64,000 nt of DNA from positions 7,078-71,077 of IMG/VR virus record IMGVR_UViG_3300033066_002303; one strand, given 5' to 3'. Positions 44,963 to 53,892 of this stretch are shown piece by piece. The stretch comes from a virus (lineage: Duplodnaviria > Caudoviricetes). Numbering within the stretch: position 1 is the first letter of the stretch; each line of letters begins with the position of its first letter. A program made the position numbers and the translations under genes. Below the pieces are notes generated by a model. It was given only the letters and a program-made list of their open reading frames with translations. It was not told the DNA's origin and did not search any database.

Positions 44963-46222
44963 GTGGCAAAGTTTATTCTGCGTGTGGACGACTGTGGTTG
45001 GGTACCCCCAAGCAAGGCCAACGATCGCGGCCTGGAGTACTTCCAGCGCTGGCGCAACGCTTTCGGGATTGCCGGGCACCCTGTCTACTACGGGTTTATT
45101 CCGACCACGATCGGGCCACCAGAAATTGACTGGTTGCGGCGAAACCTGTCACCGGCAGAAAAGCTGACTGTGCACGGCTGGAACCACGCGCGTGGTGCTG
45201 AGGTGGAAGCCTTTCGGATGCAGCAGGCGCTGACCGACTGGCAGCTGCCAGAGATGCGCCAGGCGTATATTCCGCCGTTTAACGCCTACACCCGCAAGAC
45301 GATCGAAGACTGGGGCGCTACGTCACCGGAAGGTTATTTCTTCGGCGGGTTTCACCGCGAGCACCACACCTACGGCAATTTGCCCGTGTTCCTGCCGCAA
45401 TACGACGTGTGGCACATCCCGGCGCCGCGGGAGCTGTATGACCGGGCCCCTGAGATTCTCAAGAATCTGGACGCATATCGGCAGTACGACTGTCCGCTGA
45501 CGGTCACGCTGCACGCTACCTGGGATGCCGAAAACCTGCCCGCGCTGCGGGAGCTGTTGACTGCGCTGGAGCCTGACCTGGTGCCAGCCGATACGCTGTA
45601 TAACTGGCAACGTGCGGCAGAACTGAATCGGCACCAATTGACCGGCCCGCACTTCTACGCCTATTCGTGGATCTGCGAGCATGTCCAGCTGGCCGACAAG
45701 ATTCTGGATTTTGGCAGCCGTTACTCGGAGTTGCCGTCCCAGATGGCGCTGCGTGGGGGGCTGGTGACTGCCGTAGATCGTGATACGGCATCCTTGCAGC
45801 GCCAGCACCAGATTGCCAAGAAGTACGGCGTATCGAGTCTGTCTGTGGTGACCTGGGATGGCACAACGGCCCCACCGGCTGCTGACTACCACCGGGTCAC
45901 GTCCTGCTGGGCTTTGCAGCACAACCTGGCTGAGGGCGCTATTGAGGGCATCGTGAAGAATATGGCTGCAGCGCTGCGGCCGAACGGCACGCTGTTGCTG
46001 GTGGGCAGCTTTTCGCCAGACCTGTCCGTATGCGACCGGACCCGCGAAGATCCGCAATGGATTCTTAACTGGGAAGATTACGAGCGGCGTGTGATTGCAC
46101 CGTCGGGGCTCCAGTTGGAAACGTGCGAGTTCTTCAAGTACCGCCACCGCTCGCCGGATGCGGCTGAGTGTGAGCAGGCGGCGGCAAATGCCGTATGTCT
46201 GGAATTGCGTAAAGTAGGCTGA
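44963..46222 (+). CDS. Fusion of polysaccharide-deacetylase-like (DUF2334/NodB) domain and class I SAM methyltransferase
   Basis: ILRVDD, VHGWNH, YIPPFN; then ILDFGS, VTAVD, LRPNGTLLL. Confidence 0.75.
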   Translation: MAKFILRVDDCGWVPPSKANDRGLEYFQRWRNAFGIAGHPVYYGFIPTTIGPPEIDWLRRNLSPAEKLTVHGWNHARGAEVEAFRMQQALTDWQLPEMRQAYIPPFNAYTRKTIEDWGATSPEGYFFGGFHREHHTYGNLPVFLPQYDVWHIPAPRELYDRAPEILKNLDAYRQYDCPLTVTLHATWDAENLPALRELLTALEPDLVPADTLYNWQRAAELNRHQLTGPHFYAYSWICEHVQLADKILDFGSRYSELPSQMALRGGLVTAVDRDTASLQRQHQIAKKYGVSSLSVVTWDGTTAPPAADYHRVTSCWALQHNLAEGAIEGIVKNMAAALRPNGTLLLVGSFSPDLSVCDRTREDPQWILNWEDYERRVIAPSGLQLETCEFFKYRHRSPDAAECEQAAANAVCLELRKVG

Positions 46223-46239
46223 TTTCTGCTGTTTGCTTT

Positions 46240-47499
46240 ATGGCGGGTATTGTTATGCCGTACGACGCGAAAACATTACTGGCGTTATTGTCGCACCACT
46301 TGCCCCGGATCCGGCCGCTGGACACTGGCGCCGGGGCAGCAGCTGGCGCGGGTCTGGGCGCACTAACGTATCTATTCCGGCGGCTTGCTTCTGATAAAGC
46401 GCAGCGTAAGCAGCTGTCATTGACGAAGCACCTGTTGACGGGTGCCGCGGCTGGCGCTGCCGGCGGAAACGTCATCGGTGACCGACTGCGCCGTTACGTG
46501 GCTAATACCGTAGCCCCGTGGGGTTATGCGGCGAACAGGAAGTTTATCGGTACGCCGTCTCAAATTTACCAGGCGGCTATTCTCGACAAGCCGGTGTACC
46601 CGCTGGTTGCCGATAATAATGCGGACGGCCCAGCCCGTCTTCAAACCTGGAACAATGAAGCACGTTACGAGCTGTTCCGGCGCGCTTTGGGTTTGCCGGC
46701 GCCGTTCGGCAAAACGCCGATCTTCCGAGATATTGGGCCGCAGCCGTACTTTCCAACAGAGACTGGCGGCGGTGTCGAGGGCACGTTTAGAACAGTGGAA
46801 CTGAATAAGCCCCGCTGGGACACACTGATGGCTGACGAATGGGCTGCAGATGACTTCAAAGCAAGCATGCAGCAAGGTGCTGACGATTTACAGGCGGGGA
46901 AGCCTGCCAACGGCGGCTACGAGTTCTGGCGTCGCACGCTTGCGCGGCATGATTTTAATCCGCGCGATGTTTTCACGAAAACGGACGGCAGCCGTGTACC
47001 GGCGCAAACTGTGTCAGATTTGTGGGATTTTGCGCTAACGCCTACTGAAGAGCGGTTGCTGCGGTTTTACGCGCGCACGGGGCTGACGCGGCCAGCTGCG
47101 CTGCGTTCGCCGGCACCCTGGTATCCGGATTTGCTGGCTCGTGGAAAAATTGACTCAGTCAACGGTGTACAGACGGCTGTTGGTATCGGGCAGAACTATA
47201 AAGATATGCCCAGCACGGATCTCAGCTCGCAAGGCGAGCATTTTATGGCGCTAGCGCAGCGAAAGTTTTTGAATGATGTGCTGGCTTACGGCGGCGGTGT
47301 TAAATTTCACCAGTCGTTCGATGCTGCGCACCAGCCGTTATACACAGCTGCGCCAACTTTGCAGCATAACGATTTTGCAAATCGGGTGCTGTTCCCTGCC
47401 GCAGCCGCCACGGCAGGAACTTACGGGGCTGTCAAGGGCCTCGGCATGCTGCGCACGGCATTGCCAACATTCCGACGGAAACCGAAAACGCAACGGTAA
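46240..47499 (+). CDS. Hypothetical protein with glycine-zipper segments
   Basis: GAGAAAGAGLG, GAAAGAAGG, C-terminal hydrophobic helix. Confidence 0.65.
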   Translation: MAGIVMPYDAKTLLALLSHHLPRIRPLDTGAGAAAGAGLGALTYLFRRLASDKAQRKQLSLTKHLLTGAAAGAAGGNVIGDRLRRYVANTVAPWGYAANRKFIGTPSQIYQAAILDKPVYPLVADNNADGPARLQTWNNEARYELFRRALGLPAPFGKTPIFRDIGPQPYFPTETGGGVEGTFRTVELNKPRWDTLMADEWAADDFKASMQQGADDLQAGKPANGGYEFWRRTLARHDFNPRDVFTKTDGSRVPAQTVSDLWDFALTPTEERLLRFYARTGLTRPAALRSPAPWYPDLLARGKIDSVNGVQTAVGIGQNYKDMPSTDLSSQGEHFMALAQRKFLNDVLAYGGGVKFHQSFDAAHQPLYTAAPTLQHNDFANRVLFPAAAATAGTYGAVKGLGMLRTALPTFRRKPKTQR

Positions 47500-47530
47500 A
47501 GACTTACTTTTTTACTAAGAAAGGCCACAG

Positions 47531-47887
47531 ATGGCAGACGCTGGAGAAGACGAAGATGTGATCGAACGCGTGTGGTTCAACCTGTTCGTGACCGAGAGCG
47601 GGCATCCACCACGCATTGCGGGCTGTCCGCAAATTTACAACGTGTACGCGACGCCGGAAGACGCTGTGGCGCAGTACCGGACAGGCATTCCCGGTTACAC
47701 TGGTGAAGTGGCCGTACCGCACGTGCGGCTGACACCCGCCGTAGAGCAGGCGTTGCACCGCACGCGGTTGACGGCGACAGTGCAGCCGATCAAGGCCGCC
47801 ATTCGGCCTGGGCAGCGTTTCGTGCGGCTGTTGCCAGCCTTGGCGCAGTGTCTGGACGAACAAGCATTACAGCTGGCTGGTGTGTAA
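47531..47887 (+). CDS. Hypothetical protein
   Basis: SD AAGG; in-operon ORF. Confidence 0.55.
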   Translation: MADAGEDEDVIERVWFNLFVTESGHPPRIAGCPQIYNVYATPEDAVAQYRTGIPGYTGEVAVPHVRLTPAVEQALHRTRLTATVQPIKAAIRPGQRFVRLLPALAQCLDEQALQLAGV

Positions 47888-47889
47888 CC

Positions 47890-48192
47890 ATGGCCGCGCG
47901 ACCAACCCCACCGGAAGCCTGCAAGACAGTTGAGCAGCGTCTTGCTTACAGTCGGTTTCTCCGACTGAACGCTACAAGCCGTGAGCTGCGTGCAGCCATT
48001 ACAGCCTGGCACGGTCGTTACGTCCATCCTACAAACGTAACGATGTGCCGACTGGCCGCAGACTACGCGCTTCAAGCGACGGATTCCGGTGGGGTGGTTT
48101 TGATTGACCACAACCTGTATAGCAGTCTCGAGATGCAATTTGGCACCGGTACAGTTCCAGACCGTCGGTACACTACTGCCCACCATGGATAA
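47890..48192 (+). CDS. Hypothetical protein
   Basis: ATG 2 nt after upstream stop. Confidence 0.45.
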   Translation: MAARPTPPEACKTVEQRLAYSRFLRLNATSRELRAAITAWHGRYVHPTNVTMCRLAADYALQATDSGGVVLIDHNLYSSLEMQFGTGTVPDRRYTTAHHG

Positions 48193-48649
48193 ACCCCCGC
48201 TTCCGCCACACCTGGCTCGCCGCGTCTGGCTGGCCTGCGAAGATTACAGTGACAAGCAGCGCGGCCCCCGTACTGCACGCGAGCGTATTGCGGATTTCCG
48301 CAACGTGCTGATTGCCTGCGAGCTGCATGAATGGGTACGTGATGTTGATCACATTTTTGCCGATGCCTATTTCACCGGAGTTAGTGACCGGGAACGTCTG
48401 CATCGGGCGTATGAGGCGCTTCAGCTGTACGTGACCAGCGTGCGCCCGCCTTACGTACACGCTGTCCGCGACTTGCGGGGCTTGAAAGAAGATCGGAGAA
48501 AAATTACGAATGAGCAGCGATGCCAAGAGCAGGTAGATATAAACACGTGGCTCGACGATGGTATCACGGAGCCGAGCGCCGTCGTACCGCCTGGGACCTG
48601 TCAACGATTGGACAGGGAAATGACGAGTACGGACCAGGCTGGTACCTGA
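48185..48649 (+). CDS. Hypothetical protein
   Basis: ATG 48185; overlaps both neighbours. Confidence 0.5.
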   Translation: MDKPPLPPHLARRVWLACEDYSDKQRGPRTARERIADFRNVLIACELHEWVRDVDHIFADAYFTGVSDRERLHRAYEALQLYVTSVRPPYVHAVRDLRGLKEDRRKITNEQRCQEQVDINTWLDDGITEPSAVVPPGTCQRLDREMTSTDQAGT

Positions 48650-49104
48650 CCACCCGCGAGGAGACCGCTGCCGGGTACGCCAAAGCCCCGGACGGTCTGG
48701 TGCATGTGGTGCACTGGCAGCCAGGCACAAAATTGCTGCGCCGCGAGCACCGCATCCGCGCACAGGGCTTGTGGCACAATTACGTGACGCGCCTGATAAA
48801 AATGGCGCCCGACAGTGAAAACACTGTCGCTAATTTCGGCGAAGATCCCGGGCAGGCGTTGCGGGCTGCCGTGGCCGCCGTGCTGCAGCGGCAGTTTATG
48901 CACGAGGTGATGCTGCAAATCTGGATCGACTTTTATCGCTACAGCCCCGCAGCCTGGGCTGAGAACGTGCTGACTGTGACCGGAATTTCCGGGGCACTGA
49001 TTGACCGGCCGAACAGTTATGAGCCGCACGAAGAGTGGGCGGTTATCTGGAATCCGGGCGCGTTGGTACTACTGGAAGCCTATCCACCCAAGGAGCCCGC
49101 GTAA
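48520..49104 (+). CDS. ADP-ribosyltransferase-like protein (H-Y-E clade)
   Basis: WYHG, YGPGWYLT...AAGYA, late EEWAVIW. Confidence 0.6.
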   Translation: MPRAGRYKHVARRWYHGAERRRTAWDLSTIGQGNDEYGPGWYLTTREETAAGYAKAPDGLVHVVHWQPGTKLLRREHRIRAQGLWHNYVTRLIKMAPDSENTVANFGEDPGQALRAAVAAVLQRQFMHEVMLQIWIDFYRYSPAAWAENVLTVTGISGALIDRPNSYEPHEEWAVIWNPGALVLLEAYPPKEPA

Positions 49105-50216
49105 TGGCTGCAGAGAGAATTGTGCTGGTCTGCCGCGTGCACCCGTCACACCGTAGTGGCGGAATGCCGTTTGTGCTGCACGATCGGGCCACCGCGCTGG
49201 CGAAAGACGGCTATGACGTGCACGTGATTACAACAGCGCTGACGCCTGTTGGGACTGCCGTGGCAGAGTATAGCCCGGCAGAGCGCTACACGGTGCACTA
49301 CATGCCCGGCAAGTCGTGCGCCTACACATCAGAGTTTGCGCAGGCGGCGCACGACCAGACGGCCAAACTGCGGCCACACGTGCTGCATTTTGACAGCTTG
49401 GACTTTTCTGCGCCCTGGTTGTCGCAGCGGCCAGGTAACCCGAGTGTCGTGGCGGTTACGATGCACGGGTTTGATGCCGGCGCGATGCTGACAGACTGGA
49501 ACATGTTTCGGCGCAGCAAGGCGGACGCACCCAGTTCGCAGATCTGGCAGAAGATGCGCGAACAGTCAGACGTGCTGCGCCGGCACGCTGACAAGGTACT
49601 GGCAATCAGTCATCACGAGCATGACCTGCTGCGGTCTGTGTACGGCACAACAGCGCAGCAGACCCGGTTGGTGTATAACCCGATTGCCCCGCAGTTCTTT
49701 GCACCGCTGCCACCTGCACCACTGACCGATGTGGTGCTGATGGCCGCAATCAGCGGGCACGGCATCCGCAACTTTGAGTGGGCTGCCGGTGTTGTGTCCG
49801 CTGCCGGGTATGTGCCGCGCGTGGTGAAAAACGTACCACGTGAGCAGATGCCGGCAGCGTACGACGCAGCTTGGTGCGTACTGATTCCGACGTACTACGG
49901 CCAGGGTTACGATCTGGTTGTAGCTGAGGCGTGCGCACGACGGCGCTTGTCGTTATGCTCTGCCGTGGGGAGCTACTATGCGGAGTTCCAGCGACTGGCT
50001 GCAGAGGCGGCACACCCGGAGAGCCCGATCCGGGCGCATCTGGGGCTGTTTGAATTGGACGATGCTGCCAGTTTGCGGGCGCTGCTTGTAGCGGCGCGTA
50101 CGCAATATCTGGCGGAGCGTGCCTGGCCGTATCTGGCCTGGTCTACCAGTCTGAAACACGAACCGACTTACCACAAACAGGCCTGGTTAGAGGCTGTTAC
50201 GAAAGGCTCACTATGA
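49104..50216 (+). CDS. GT4-family glycosyltransferase
   Basis: HRSGGM, LAKDGYDVHVIT, VTMHG, LAISHH, LVYNPI, LIPTYYGQGYDLVVAEA. Confidence 0.85.
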   Translation: MAAERIVLVCRVHPSHRSGGMPFVLHDRATALAKDGYDVHVITTALTPVGTAVAEYSPAERYTVHYMPGKSCAYTSEFAQAAHDQTAKLRPHVLHFDSLDFSAPWLSQRPGNPSVVAVTMHGFDAGAMLTDWNMFRRSKADAPSSQIWQKMREQSDVLRRHADKVLAISHHEHDLLRSVYGTTAQQTRLVYNPIAPQFFAPLPPAPLTDVVLMAAISGHGIRNFEWAAGVVSAAGYVPRVVKNVPREQMPAAYDAAWCVLIPTYYGQGYDLVVAEACARRRLSLCSAVGSYYAEFQRLAAEAAHPESPIRAHLGLFELDDAASLRALLVAARTQYLAERAWPYLAWSTSLKHEPTYHKQAWLEAVTKGSL

Positions 50217-50734
50217 ACTGCGCAGTGCTGCCTCAACTCAGTTATATTCTGCAGCGCGATATTGCGGCCGTGACAGAGCTGGAGCAGCAACTTTTTGAAA
50301 GTCCGTGGACGCGGGATGAGCTGGTTGCGCGCTTGCGGCGTCCGAGCACCCTGTCGATGGCTGCCCGGTTAGCGCGCGGCGGTCCGATTGTGGGCTATGT
50401 GCTGTGGTCGTTGTGCGCAGATGCGGGCTGCAAAACAGCGGAGATCTTGCGTATCGGCGTGGCTCCGGAATATCGTCGACAGGGCATCGGCGCGGCACTG
50501 CTGAGCGCGCCGCTGGCCCGTTTGCGTCGTCGTCCGGTAGCAGAGGACTGCCGCGTACAAATTGCGGTCACCGACCGTGATCTGGCGGTGCACCTGTTTT
50601 TGAAAAATAACGGCTTCGTGGCTGAGCGTATTTTGCCAGAGCACGCGGCAGACGGCAGCGACAGCTATATGTTCGTGTGCCGCAGAAAGGATTCGCATCA
50701 TGCACGTCACGTTCGGCTCAATCCTGGTCAATGA
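50213..50734 (+). CDS. RimI-like GNAT acetyltransferase
   Basis: LEQQLFESPWT, EILRIGVAPEYRRQGIGAALL, LFLKNNGF. Confidence 0.85.
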   Translation: MNCAVLPQLSYILQRDIAAVTELEQQLFESPWTRDELVARLRRPSTLSMAARLARGGPIVGYVLWSLCADAGCKTAEILRIGVAPEYRRQGIGAALLSAPLARLRRRPVAEDCRVQIAVTDRDLAVHLFLKNNGFVAERILPEHAADGSDSYMFVCRRKDSHHARHVRLNPGQ

Positions 50735-51524
50735 ATCCGAATACTTGCTGGATTCGCTGCAGCAGCATTACCAGTTCTGTGATCGCTGGGTGCTGGTTGA
50801 AGGTGCCGATCGCCGCTATCCTGCCGCGACAGCGGACGGGTTGTCGCGCGACAACTCTGCGGAGATCATCCGCAACTTCCCTGACCCGGACAAGAAGCTG
50901 AAGTTCATTCAGCACGGCTGGGCGGAGAGTAAGCAGGAGTTGCGCAACCGCTACCTGGAGCACACCCCGGAAGGGATTCTGGTGGTGATCGATATCGACG
51001 AATTTCTGACACACCGCGATATGCGGGAAGTTTTACAAGCACTGCGTGTTGTGGAGGGTTACGGTTGTCTGTGCATTCCGCATGTGCATTTCTGGAAAAC
51101 GGATGCATCCATCATTACGGGCAAGTATTACGACGTGCCCCACAACCGCTGCTACCGGCTGCCGTCGGGGTGCCGGTACAAGGGCGACCACAATCACCCG
51201 GAGCTGCCGTCCGGCGAGTTTGTGCATGCCCAGAAGCACCTGCGCTGGGATCGCCGCTTGGTGCCGGCAGCGACTGGGACACCTGCGGTTTGTCACGCTG
51301 GCCCAGCCTGGCTGCACTATGGGTTTTGCAAAGACCCATCGAACATCCAGGCCAAGAATGACTACTATATTTCCCGCGGAGAGGCGAAATCGCGGCCCGT
51401 GACAACTGAAAGTCGGGCGGCGTGGTTCGCTGAGCAGTTGCCGCCCGGGTTGCTCGTGCAGCGCTGGGCCGGGCAACGACCCGAGGTGTTTGTAGCAAAA
51501 GGCGCAGAATGGCCACAATTGTAA
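50700..51524 (+). CDS. GT2-family glycosyltransferase
   Basis: ILVNESEYL, SRDNSAEII, VIDIDEFL, WLHYGF. Confidence 0.8.
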   Translation: MHVTFGSILVNESEYLLDSLQQHYQFCDRWVLVEGADRRYPAATADGLSRDNSAEIIRNFPDPDKKLKFIQHGWAESKQELRNRYLEHTPEGILVVIDIDEFLTHRDMREVLQALRVVEGYGCLCIPHVHFWKTDASIITGKYYDVPHNRCYRLPSGCRYKGDHNHPELPSGEFVHAQKHLRWDRRLVPAATGTPAVCHAGPAWLHYGFCKDPSNIQAKNDYYISRGEAKSRPVTTESRAAWFAEQLPPGLLVQRWAGQRPEVFVAKGAEWPQL

Positions 51525-52486
51525 CCGGGGCAGAAGGGCAGGACGGCCTGCTGTTAATCCAGTTGCTGCTGGAACACACGACGGGCTTTAAGATCGTAGC
51601 CGTTGTGCGGCCAAAAGGCAGCCAGGGGTTGCGGGCCGAGCTGGCTGCTCAAGTGGTCCTGGGCCGCGGCCGGGTTGTCATAGAAACGGTTGATATCAAC
51701 GACCCGGCCGCGGTGTACCGCCTGGTGGAAACGCACCGGCCGAAAGAACTGTACCATCTGGCGGCGCAGTCGTTTGTGGGCACCAGCTACGACAACCCGG
51801 GCCACACGTTCAGTGTGAACGCTGTGGGTACGCTGAACGTGCTGGAAGCTGTCCGGCAGGGTTGCCCGGAAACAAAGGTGTACGTCGCGGCGACCAGCGA
51901 GATGTTTTCTGGCGCCCCGGAGACAGCCCCGCAGCATGAGCTGACACCGCTGGATCCGCAAAGCCCGTACGGCGTATCGAAAGTCGCTGCTTACCAGCTG
52001 GCCCGGATCTACCGGCAAGCTTATCAGCTGCGAGTCTGGTGCGGGATCCTGTTCAATCACGAGAGCCACTTGCGGGGCAGCCAGTTTGTCACGCAGAAGA
52101 TTGCGCAAGCGGCCGCACGCATCTACAAGCAGCAGCGGCACCAGTGGCTGTTGCTGGGCAACCTGGACGCCTGTCGTGATTGGGGTTATGCGCCGGAGTA
52201 TGTGCGCGGCATGGTCCAGATGCTGCAAACGGAGACCCCGGACGATTACGTGCTGGCCACCGGTGTTACAACGTCAGTGCGGGACTTTGCCAAGCTGGCA
52301 TTTGCTGCGGTAGATTTGGACTGGACAAAATACGTGCAGGTGGACGCCGCCCTGGTGCGCCCGACGGAAGTGCGTGTGCTGCGTGGCAACGCAGAGAAGG
52401 CCCGACAACAGCTGGGCTGGACGCCAGAAACAGACGTGGCGCAGCTGGCACAAATCATGGTGAGTGCAGCACTGGCAACCGTATGA
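51509..52486 (+). CDS. gmd: GDP-mannose 4,6-dehydratase
   Basis: VTGAEGQDG, YHLAAQSFV, ATSEMF, PQSPYGVSK, GILFNHES, FVTQKI, LGNLDACRDWGYAPEYV. Confidence 0.95.
   Translation: MATIVTGAEGQDGLLLIQLLLEHTTGFKIVAVVRPKGSQGLRAELAAQVVLGRGRVVIETVDINDPAAVYRLVETHRPKELYHLAAQSFVGTSYDNPGHTFSVNAVGTLNVLEAVRQGCPETKVYVAATSEMFSGAPETAPQHELTPLDPQSPYGVSKVAAYQLARIYRQAYQLRVWCGILFNHESHLRGSQFVTQKIAQAAARIYKQQRHQWLLLGNLDACRDWGYAPEYVRGMVQMLQTETPDDYVLATGVTTSVRDFAKLAFAAVDLDWTKYVQVDAALVRPTEVRVLRGNAEKARQQLGWTPETDVAQLAQIMVSAALATV
51688..51701. repeat. Dispersed palindrome, copy 7 (13/14; perfect 12-bp core, inside gmd)
   Basis: GGTTGATATCAACG; read as VDIND. Confidence 0.8.
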
Positions 52487-53571
52487 ACAACCCATTGCGC
52501 ATCGGTATCGTGGGCTGGGCTACACGCACAGGCCTGGGCTCCATGAATGCTGACATGTTCGATCTCGGCTTTGCCGACTCCTGGCTGGCTGTGCAGCACC
52601 CGAAGCTGGGTGTGGAAGAGTGCGTGCTGTCACGGCCACAAGCTGTCAGCGTAGTCGGTACGCGTGCTGGTAAAGCGCTCGGTAAATTTCTGGACGATTT
52701 GCAGATCGTCGTGTTTGCTGAGCGCCCGGTGCTGGACGACATCGATCTGGTGGCCGAGTGCCGCCGGCGAGGAATTCTGACTTGCTGTATTCCGATGCTG
52801 GAATGGCTGCCCATGCCGGACCAGCGGGCCTGGGTACAGCAGACGGATGTGATGTGGGCGACCTCGCAATGGTGTGGGCGGATTCTGGCGGCCCTGGCTG
52901 CCAAGTACCGCAGGCGCCGGTACGTGTGTCACTGGGAGCATGCCATTATCGGCCAGCGCTGGGGCGTAAATTTGGCGCGGTTTCCGTTCAAGCCCCGTAC
53001 GCGGTGCGAGCGGTTCCTGTTTGCCAATGGCTTCGGCGGGGCCCACCAGCGCCGCGGTGCCAGTGTCGTACAGCAAATTGCCCAACTGTTGCCGCAGGCC
53101 CGGTTTGTGGTGTTAAGTCAGCGCGATAACCTGCCCGAGATGCCGGCCAACTGCGAGGTGCTCACAGAGAACTTTGAAACGGCTGCCAGGATCTACAAGG
53201 ACGGCGATATCTTCCTGGCGCCGTCACGCTGGGAAGGGTTGGGCTTAACGCTGTATGAAGCGCAGGCTTGCGGGTTGCCGCTGGCCACTACGGACGGTTC
53301 GCCGATGGACGAAGCACGGCCGCTGATTAAGCTGCCCTGTACGACTAGCCAGGTGACGATGCGATTTGATGTAATTACATCGCACGAAGTTGTACCTGCG
53401 CGGGCTGCGCAGATCCTGAGCGAGTGGGTTGGTGCAGATATCTCTGCAGCTAGCCAGCACGCCAGGCAGCAGATTGTGAAGGACTACAGTTTGCAGACAA
53501 CGCTGGAAAATGTCAGGGCCGAGCTTACAAAGCGCTACCGCTTGCGCGAGCCGTACCGTACACGCCGTTAA
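52483..53571 (+). CDS. GT4-family glycosyltransferase
   Basis: FLAPSRWEGLGLTLYEAQACGLPLATTD. Confidence 0.88.
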   Translation: MNNPLRIGIVGWATRTGLGSMNADMFDLGFADSWLAVQHPKLGVEECVLSRPQAVSVVGTRAGKALGKFLDDLQIVVFAERPVLDDIDLVAECRRRGILTCCIPMLEWLPMPDQRAWVQQTDVMWATSQWCGRILAALAAKYRRRRYVCHWEHAIIGQRWGVNLARFPFKPRTRCERFLFANGFGGAHQRRGASVVQQIAQLLPQARFVVLSQRDNLPEMPANCEVLTENFETAARIYKDGDIFLAPSRWEGLGLTLYEAQACGLPLATTDGSPMDEARPLIKLPCTTSQVTMRFDVITSHEVVPARAAQILSEWVGADISAASQHARQQIVKDYSLQTTLENVRAELTKRYRLREPYRTRR

Positions 53572-53892
53572 ATGGAGTTGATTATGCGCCGTGTGTCGCT
53601 GCAGAGTGTGCTCCTGTTTCGCTGCCCGCACTGCCGTACGATCAGCCGGGCGCCTATTGAACGCATCTCTGAGGGGCATCCGCTGCACGAAACGCTGTGT
53701 CGACAATTTGACGAACTGGAGGACTGGCAGGGTGTCGATCCGAATGCCACGTTTGCCAGCACGCCGCCGACAGTGACCTGCCGCAAGTGCAAAGCCGAAT
53801 TAGCTGTGCGCCCGCCCAAGGAATTGCTGAGTGACTGTGACGCTGTCGAATTCGATTTTCCTGAACCGCCGGAAGAGGACACCAACCAGTGA
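53572..53892 (+). CDS. Zinc-ribbon protein
   Basis: CPHC...CRKC. Confidence 0.65.
   Translation: MELIMRRVSLQSVLLFRCPHCRTISRAPIERISEGHPLHETLCRQFDELEDWQGVDPNATFASTPPTVTCRKCKAELAVRPPKELLSDCDAVEFDFPEPPEEDTNQ

Noticed and set aside
936-51701. Palindrome as a CRISPR repeat or a plain EcoRV (GATATC) site
   Set aside because: Copies are kb apart with no spacer structure; many other GATATC sites lack the flanks, and conservation extends to 14-16 bp.
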